Source: Minisyncoccota bacterium
GTDB lineage: Bacteria; Patescibacteriota; Minisyncoccia; UBA6257; JAVHQB01
Length of the DNA stretch: 64,000 nt
Assembly (NCBI GenBank): GCA_036170905.1
Contig: JAVHQB010000093.1
Coordinates: 123-64,122 of the forward strand
Reading direction: 5' to 3'
A model generated the notes under the pieces. The model did no database searches, was not told the origin of the DNA, and saw nothing but the letters and a program-made list of their open reading frames with translations. Made by a program: the position numbers and the translations under genes. Below are positions 59,487 through 64,000 of the stretch, in pieces. The number at the start of each line of letters is the position of its first letter. The first letter of the stretch is position 1.

Positions 59487-61304
59487 TTAATCTAATACAA
59501 AATGCTTTTCCCGGTTCTTGTCATTTTCTGATTTAGCCTGAAGCCGTTTATCCAAAAGATAACTTCCTATTACTAAATAATCCATTTCTGTACGCATGAA
59601 ACAGCAAAATGCATCTTCTGGAGTACAAACTAAAGGCTCGCCCCGCACATTAAATGAAGTATTTATTATAACCGGGCAACCTGTTTTCTTGAAAAATTCG
59701 TTTAGCATATCGTAATATAAGGGATTATCCTCTCTCTTAATAGTTTGTGTCCTTGCTGAATAATCAACATGGGTAACTGCAGGGATCAGTGAGCGGGTAA
59801 CCTTAAGCTTATCAAATCCACGTGCCGCATTAAGCGCAACATCCATATCAAATCTCTTATCTTTCTTGACCGGCGTAACCAGAAGCATATACGGGCTTTC
59901 TCTGTCCAACTCAAACCAATTGGCAGCTTCTTCTTTAAGCACTGTAGGAGCAAAAGGACGGAATGACTCGCGATACTTAATCTTAAGGTTCATTTTGGTT
60001 TGCATCTCTTTATTTCTTGCATCACCGAGAATGCTTCTTGAACCCAATGCGCGCGGCCCAAATTCCATTTTCCCTTGAAACCAACCAATTACATTGCCTT
60101 CTGCGATAAGCTGCGCGATAATTCCCGGTAATTCAATACAATCAAGTTTCCTAAACGATATGTTTTGTTTTTTTAGGAAATTACCAATCTCTTCATCGTT
60201 ATATCCAGGCCCGAGAAGGGAGCCCGCTAAAGAATCTTTAATGTTATCAGTGATACGCTTATTTCCAAGATATTTATGCCAAACTAGTAAAGCCGCCCCC
60301 ATCGCTCCGCCGGCGTCTCCGCTTGCCGGCTGAATCCAGATATGATCGAAGGGACCTTCACGCAAAATACGGCCATTGCCTACACAATTAAGCGCTACTC
60401 CTCCGGCAAGACAAAGATTCTTTTGCCCGGTAGTTTTATGTATATGTCCGGCCATCTTCAGCATTATCTCTTCAGTAACTTTTTGAATAGAAGCGGCTAA
60501 ATCCATTTCTTTCTGTGCAATTTTAGATTCGCTTTTACGGGGAGCTCCGCCAAATAAACGTTCAAACTTCCAATTAGTCATACGTAACCCATTACCAAAA
60601 CCAAAATATTCCATATTTATCTTAAAAGAACCATCATCTTTAATATCAACTAGTTTCTTGAGTATCAAATCAACATAATTGGGTTTTCCATACGGAGCAA
60701 GCCCCATAAGTTTATGCTCCCCTGAGTTAACTTTAAATCCAATATAATAAGTAAACGCGGAATAAAGAAGCCCCAAAGAATGCGGGAATTGCAGATAATG
60801 CTGCAGCTCTAGACTATTATCCTTACCTATACCGAAACTTGCAGTTTCCCATTCTCCTACCCCATCAATAGTTAAAAACGCCGCCTCCTTGAATGGTGAG
60901 GGATAAAAAGCGCTGGCAGCGTGAGATTCATGATGCCCGCAAAAAAGAATTTTGCCTCGGTATCCAAGTTGATCTCTAATAATTTCAGGAATCCACAATT
61001 TCTGCTTAAGCCATAAAGGTATGGCTTGAATAAATTGCCTTATCCCTGAGGGAGCGTAAGTAAGTGAAGTTTCAAGAATGCGCTCAAATTTAATGAAAGG
61101 CTTATCATAGAATACCACAAAATCTAAATTGCCTGCACTAATACCGCCTTCTCTGAGGCAATAAACTATAGCATTTTTAGGAAAATTATAATCATGTTTA
61201 CTACGGGTGAACCTCTCTTCCTGTGCTGCCCCAATAATCATACCATCACGCACTAAACAAGCTGCACTATCATGATAAAAGCAAGAAATACCTAAGATAT
61301 TCAT
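59487..61304 (-). CDS. Carbamoyltransferase (NodU/CmcH, SxtI-like)
   Basis: GISCFYHDSAA, QEERFTR, HHESHAASAF, DGVGE, GPRALGSRS, NTSFNVRGEP. Confidence 0.96.
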   Translation of the reverse strand: MNILGISCFYHDSAACLVRDGMIIGAAQEERFTRSKHDYNFPKNAIVYCLREGGISAGNLDFVVFYDKPFIKFERILETSLTYAPSGIRQFIQAIPLWLKQKLWIPEIIRDQLGYRGKILFCGHHESHAASAFYPSPFKEAAFLTIDGVGEWETASFGIGKDNSLELQHYLQFPHSLGLLYSAFTYYIGFKVNSGEHKLMGLAPYGKPNYVDLILKKLVDIKDDGSFKINMEYFGFGNGLRMTNWKFERLFGGAPRKSESKIAQKEMDLAASIQKVTEEIMLKMAGHIHKTTGQKNLCLAGGVALNCVGNGRILREGPFDHIWIQPASGDAGGAMGAALLVWHKYLGNKRITDNIKDSLAGSLLGPGYNDEEIGNFLKKQNISFRKLDCIELPGIIAQLIAEGNVIGWFQGKMEFGPRALGSRSILGDARNKEMQTKMNLKIKYRESFRPFAPTVLKEEAANWFELDRESPYMLLVTPVKKDKRFDMDVALNAARGFDKLKVTRSLIPAVTHVDYSARTQTIKREDNPLYYDMLNEFFKKTGCPVIINTSFNVRGEPLVCTPEDAFCCFMRTEMDYLVIGSYLLDKRLQAKSENDKNREKHFVLD

Positions 61305-61373
61305 TTTATTGGTTAATTTATACTGCGCTTATTGGCACAGCTAATAACTATATCTTTTAGCACACACAAGTTA

Positions 61374-61401
61374 ATTATATAGCAGATGACTCCGATAACA
61401 A
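61374..61401 (-). promoter_or_regulatory. Putative sigma70 promoter for the carbamoyltransferase module
   Basis: Minus strand TTGTTA-N16-TATAAT. Confidence 0.5.
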
Positions 61402-61452
61402 GAAAATTGGCTCAATTAGGGGTTAGCTTGATTTTTTCTTCAAAAACTTCTT

Positions 61453-62961
61453 TCAATATAATTTATTTCCTCTTCTGCCTATTGGGTCAAATCCAAACAA
61501 TTCCTCCAACCGGTGAGGGATCTTTTCGGAAAGAATTGACAAACTTGCGGCAGCCAAAGCTAATTTCTCAGCAAAAAGAGCACAACTTCTTTTATGAGGC
61601 ACGGCAGGATCTCCATTAAAAAAATAGTTAACATTCAAACAGGAACCCGTTGATCGGCAAAGACTAAATAAATCACAATCTTTCTGGCAATGCTCAAACC
61701 GCTTATTTATCTTTTTAATAAACGCCTGAAACTTCCTGTTATCAATACCGCAATCCACCTGCCCCAATTCAAATTCGTGCACCCCTAAAAATGAAGTACA
61801 TGGATAAATCTTACCGTCAATACCCACCGCGATCTGTCCTTTGGCGGCAGGACACCCTCCTGAAACTTCATGGTTATAATATAATCTCTGCATTAGCTTA
61901 AAAAATCGATTGAAAAAAGTCTTGCTGTAATTTAACTTTCCGGAAATAACATCGTCAATGTAACGCAACGCTAACTTTTCATATGCCTCATATAAGAGCT
62001 TATAATTTTCTTCTGTACTAAAAAAACTTGATTCTTGCCCGGGTAAAATTTTATGACAGGCATCTTCGCTCTCAAAAATCTCAATCCGCTCAAATCCTAA
62101 GCCTTTCAGGTGTTCATACAACTTTATCATATCAGTAAAAAATGGAGTTACCGTGGTACGGCCTACCAACCTCTTCATGACTTCTTTAGGCATTCTTCTA
62201 AGATTTAATAAAATAGTATCAAAGCTTCCTTTACGATTAATAAACGGACGATTATTATCATGTATGGCTTTAGGCCCGTCGATACTGACGGCGATTTGCA
62301 CCCCTTTGCTAAGTAATTCTGTAGCTATGGCAGGGGTCAAAAGAGTCCCATTTGTTGCCAATAGAAAATGGAACCTTGTTTTCCATTTTGATTGATTCTC
62401 TCTACAATAATTTACTGTTGCCATAAGCGTTTTAAGATTCAACAAAGGTTCCCCGCCATAAAAGTCAACTACCAAATCCTTATCCCTACCTCGTAATTTG
62501 ACTAAAGTATCTACTGCTTTTAGGGCAGTTTCAACTGACATATGGGCATCTTTAGCATCTTCCTCAGGTTTTCCAGTTTGTTTTTCTAAAAATCGCCAAT
62601 TGGAATATTTGCCGTGATCATTCCAGCAATAAACGCAGCGAAGATTACAACTTGATGTTAAATTAAGAGTTAGATCAGTAAGACAGGCAGATGCGCTCCT
62701 ATCAGTTCCAAATGATATCTTTTTATTAGAAATAGGAAAAGGTTTTATTATTTCAAAGGGGATGTTTAACTTTTTTGCTAAAGCTGTGGCTTCTTGCTTA
62801 GAAGGAGGGAACGAAAAAAGAGATATCTCTTTATTCCACTTTTCTAATAAATTAAATATTTCCGGAGCTAGATCGTAAAAATCTCCCGTAGATGTAGAAA
62901 TACCAATATACCGGCCTAATTTATGGAATAAAACGACTGGCGAAATTACTTTAATAATAAT
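61453..62961 (-). CDS. Radical SAM/SPASM peptide-maturase-type enzyme (~500 aa) with RRE-like N-terminus and no ATG/GTG/TTG start
   Basis: Frame is open 140 codons upstream of the tracked start (62541) and contains LNLTSSCNLRCVYC; it begins TAG-ATT-ATT-ATT-AAA behind GAGGT (62964-62968). FYGGEPLL, ATNG, SIDG; SPASM GCPAA..DGKIYPC..CQKDC..LC..GSC..SC. Confidence 0.88.
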   Translation of the reverse strand: MIIKVISPVVLFHKLGRYIGISTSTGDFYDLAPEIFNLLEKWNKEISLFSFPPSKQEATALAKKLNIPFEIIKPFPISNKKISFGTDRSASACLTDLTLNLTSSCNLRCVYCWNDHGKYSNWRFLEKQTGKPEEDAKDAHMSVETALKAVDTLVKLRGRDKDLVVDFYGGEPLLNLKTLMATVNYCRENQSKWKTRFHFLLATNGTLLTPAIATELLSKGVQIAVSIDGPKAIHDNNRPFINRKGSFDTILLNLRRMPKEVMKRLVGRTTVTPFFTDMIKLYEHLKGLGFERIEIFESEDACHKILPGQESSFFSTEENYKLLYEAYEKLALRYIDDVISGKLNYSKTFFNRFFKLMQRLYYNHEVSGGCPAAKGQIAVGIDGKIYPCTSFLGVHEFELGQVDCGIDNRKFQAFIKKINKRFEHCQKDCDLFSLCRSTGSCLNVNYFFNGDPAVPHKRSCALFAEKLALAAASLSILSEKIPHRLEELFGFDPIGRRGNKLY

Positions 62962-63062
62962 CTACCTCTAAAAATACAAAATATCTACCTAGTTGTTTGG
63001 TGTGCAACCTGGGTTCTTGTAAAATGCAGACGTTAAGGCTGTTTCGGTTGGCTAAAGAATCC

Positions 63063-63161
63063 TTACCACAAAACCCTACCTGATCGGCAGTAACGAGAAA
63101 GTTTTTTCTTAGCTTTTGTAGTTTTATTTACCTTCTTTACTTTTGCCTTTTTTGCTTTCAT
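63063..63161 (-). CDS. Small Lys-rich peptide (32 aa), candidate RiPP precursor (missed by the ORF track)
   Basis: MKAKKAKVKKVNKTTKAKKKLSRYCRSGRVLW*; GGAGGTG RBS (63167-63173) 5 nt before the ATG; directly upstream of the rSAM/SPASM gene. Confidence 0.7.
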   Translation of the reverse strand: MKAKKAKVKKVNKTTKAKKKLSRYCRSGRVLW

Positions 63162-63183
63162 TGGTTCACCTCCGTTATAAGAA

Positions 63184-63211
63184 ATTATACTACTAATTAA
63201 ACTTAATACAA
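63184..63211 (-). promoter_or_regulatory. Putative sigma70 promoter for the peptide-rSAM operon
   Basis: Minus strand TTGTAT-N16-TATAAT, about 10 nt upstream of the RBS. Confidence 0.65.
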
Positions 63212-63227
63212 CTAAAAATATACGTTG

Positions 63228-63338
63228 TTAATTACCACTGCTTATCGTTCTAAGTACTACTCTGGCTTTAATGAATTCTGCTAAACTTTCCGCAATTATA
63301 ATGTTGCCTCTATGGATAAAATGGCTGAAGATATTAAT
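63228..63338 (-). pseudogene. Startless C-terminal remnant of an SGNH-type protein
   Basis: Manual translation INIFSHFIHRGNIIIAESLAEFIKARVVLRTISSGN*, resembling the SGNH block V helix (H...GN.IIAE.LAEFI); preceded by an in-frame stop, no start codon. Confidence 0.45.
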
Positions 63339-63352
63339 TTAAAATGAATAAG

Positions 63353-64000
63353 CTAATTTCTGGTTAAACGTAATTTAAGAAGACAGAATATGCTGCTGAT
63401 ACCGTCTCTCCAGCCGATCTTTTTGCCTTGATGATAAAAACGTGACTTATAGGATATAGGGATCTCAGTTATCTTATAGCCTTGTTTGAGGATCTTAGCC
63501 GTAATTTCCGGCTCTATCTCAAACCTGCTGGAGGAAAGATTTAATTTTTTTATTAAATCCAATCTTACAAGCTTATAGCAAGTCTCCATATCGGTTAAAG
63601 CAGACCCGAAGAGAATATTAGTAAAAGTGGTAAGGGATTTGTTTACAAGATAGTGCCAAAAAGAAGTAGTCCGCCAGGTCTTGAGGAAACGCGACCCGTA
63701 TACTATGGCTAAGTTATTCTTTAGGGCATAATCAACTAAAGCCACATAATCTTGCGGATTATATTCTAAGTCCGCATCCTGCGGTATAACAAATTCACCC
63801 CGGGCATTTTCGATACCGGTCAAAAAAGCAGCGCCTTTGCCTCTGTTTTTAGCGCAATAGATAATCTTTATATCTTTGCCTTCAATCTCACTCAATAGAC
63901 CAACAGTACCGTCGCTAGAGCCGTCATCAACCACAATAATCTCCTTATCCACATCCACAGAACATATCTTCTCTAAGATATCCTTTAGGGTGCTTACTTC
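63353..64000 (-). CDS. GT2 glycosyltransferase, DPM1-like (5' end lies beyond the window)
   Basis: Frame open to 64000 (EVSTLKDIL..); VDDGSSDG, NRGKGAA, QDADLEYNP, YGSRF, DMETCYK, GKKIGWRDG. Confidence 0.94.
   Translation of the reverse strand, partial: EVSTLKDILEKICSVDVDKEIIVVDDGSSDGTVGLLSEIEGKDIKIIYCAKNRGKGAAFLTGIENARGEFVIPQDADLEYNPQDYVALVDYALKNNLAIVYGSRFLKTWRTTSFWHYLVNKSLTTFTNILFGSALTDMETCYKLVRLDLIKKLNLSSSRFEIEPEITAKILKQGYKITEIPISYKSRFYHQGKKIGWRDGISSIFCLLKLRLTRN

Noticed and set aside
58907-61304. Saxitoxin biosynthesis cluster
   Set aside because: Only SxtI/J/K-like genes are present; no SxtA PKS-like or amidinotransferase core genes.
1140-62395. Many 60-200 aa ORFs antisense or out of frame within long genes (e.g. 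19744..20337 +, 14561..15019 +, 56030..56428 +, 61386..61619 +)
   Set aside because: They overlap well-supported genes on the other strand and show no motifs; shadow ORFs.
62975-63012. Hairpin CCAGGTTG..CAACTAGG as a terminator or riboswitch between peptide and rSAM
   Set aside because: Short stem with a mismatch and a G-U pair, no immediate U-tract, no recognisable riboswitch consensus.
63063-63161. Lys-rich ORF as a histone-like or ribosomal protein fragment
   Set aside because: No ribosomal or chromatin gene context, and it has a dedicated promoter/RBS directly before an RRE-like rSAM; the precursor reading is preferred but unproven.
1-64000. CRISPR arrays, tRNA/rRNA genes, IS elements
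   Set aside because: Intergenic gaps are all under 300 bp with no periodic repeats or cloverleaf motifs, and no transposase or integrase motifs appear in any ORF.

Overview
AT-rich bacterial DNA, almost all coded on the minus strand, forming one very large mosaic cell-envelope or specialised-metabolite locus that runs off both ends of the window. Gene content suggests an anaerobe; Ca. Omnitrophota-like is my inference only. I count 19 radical SAM genes: 10 short-SPASM/Twitch-type (mostly paralogous) and 1 B12-type packed right behind a Wzm/Wzt exporter, 6 further B12-binding rSAMs, 1 CX10CX2C rSAM and 1 RRE-SPASM peptide-maturase type. It also holds 5 U32-family proteins including a UbiU/UbiV-like pair, 4 CruF/DUF422-like membrane proteins, a UbiA prenyltransferase, 5 GT-C-type glycosyltransferases (two from a near-perfect 1647-bp tandem duplication), GT2/GT4/WecA-like enzymes, two carbamoyltransferases (one with SxtJ/SxtK-like partners), a two-gene amidotransferase, a polysaccharide deacetylase, an SGNH hydrolase and a GH44-like enzyme. 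Features missing from the ORF track that I read by hand: a small Lys-rich Cys-containing ORF with promoter and perfect RBS directly upstream of a ~500-aa rSAM/SPASM whose frame opens only at ATT codons (candidate RiPP system), an SxtK-like gene, a frameshifted rSAM, three decayed gene tails at module junctions and several internal sigma70-type promoters. No rRNA, tRNA, CRISPR array or transposase was recognised. All family assignments come from motif recognition by eye, not from database searches.
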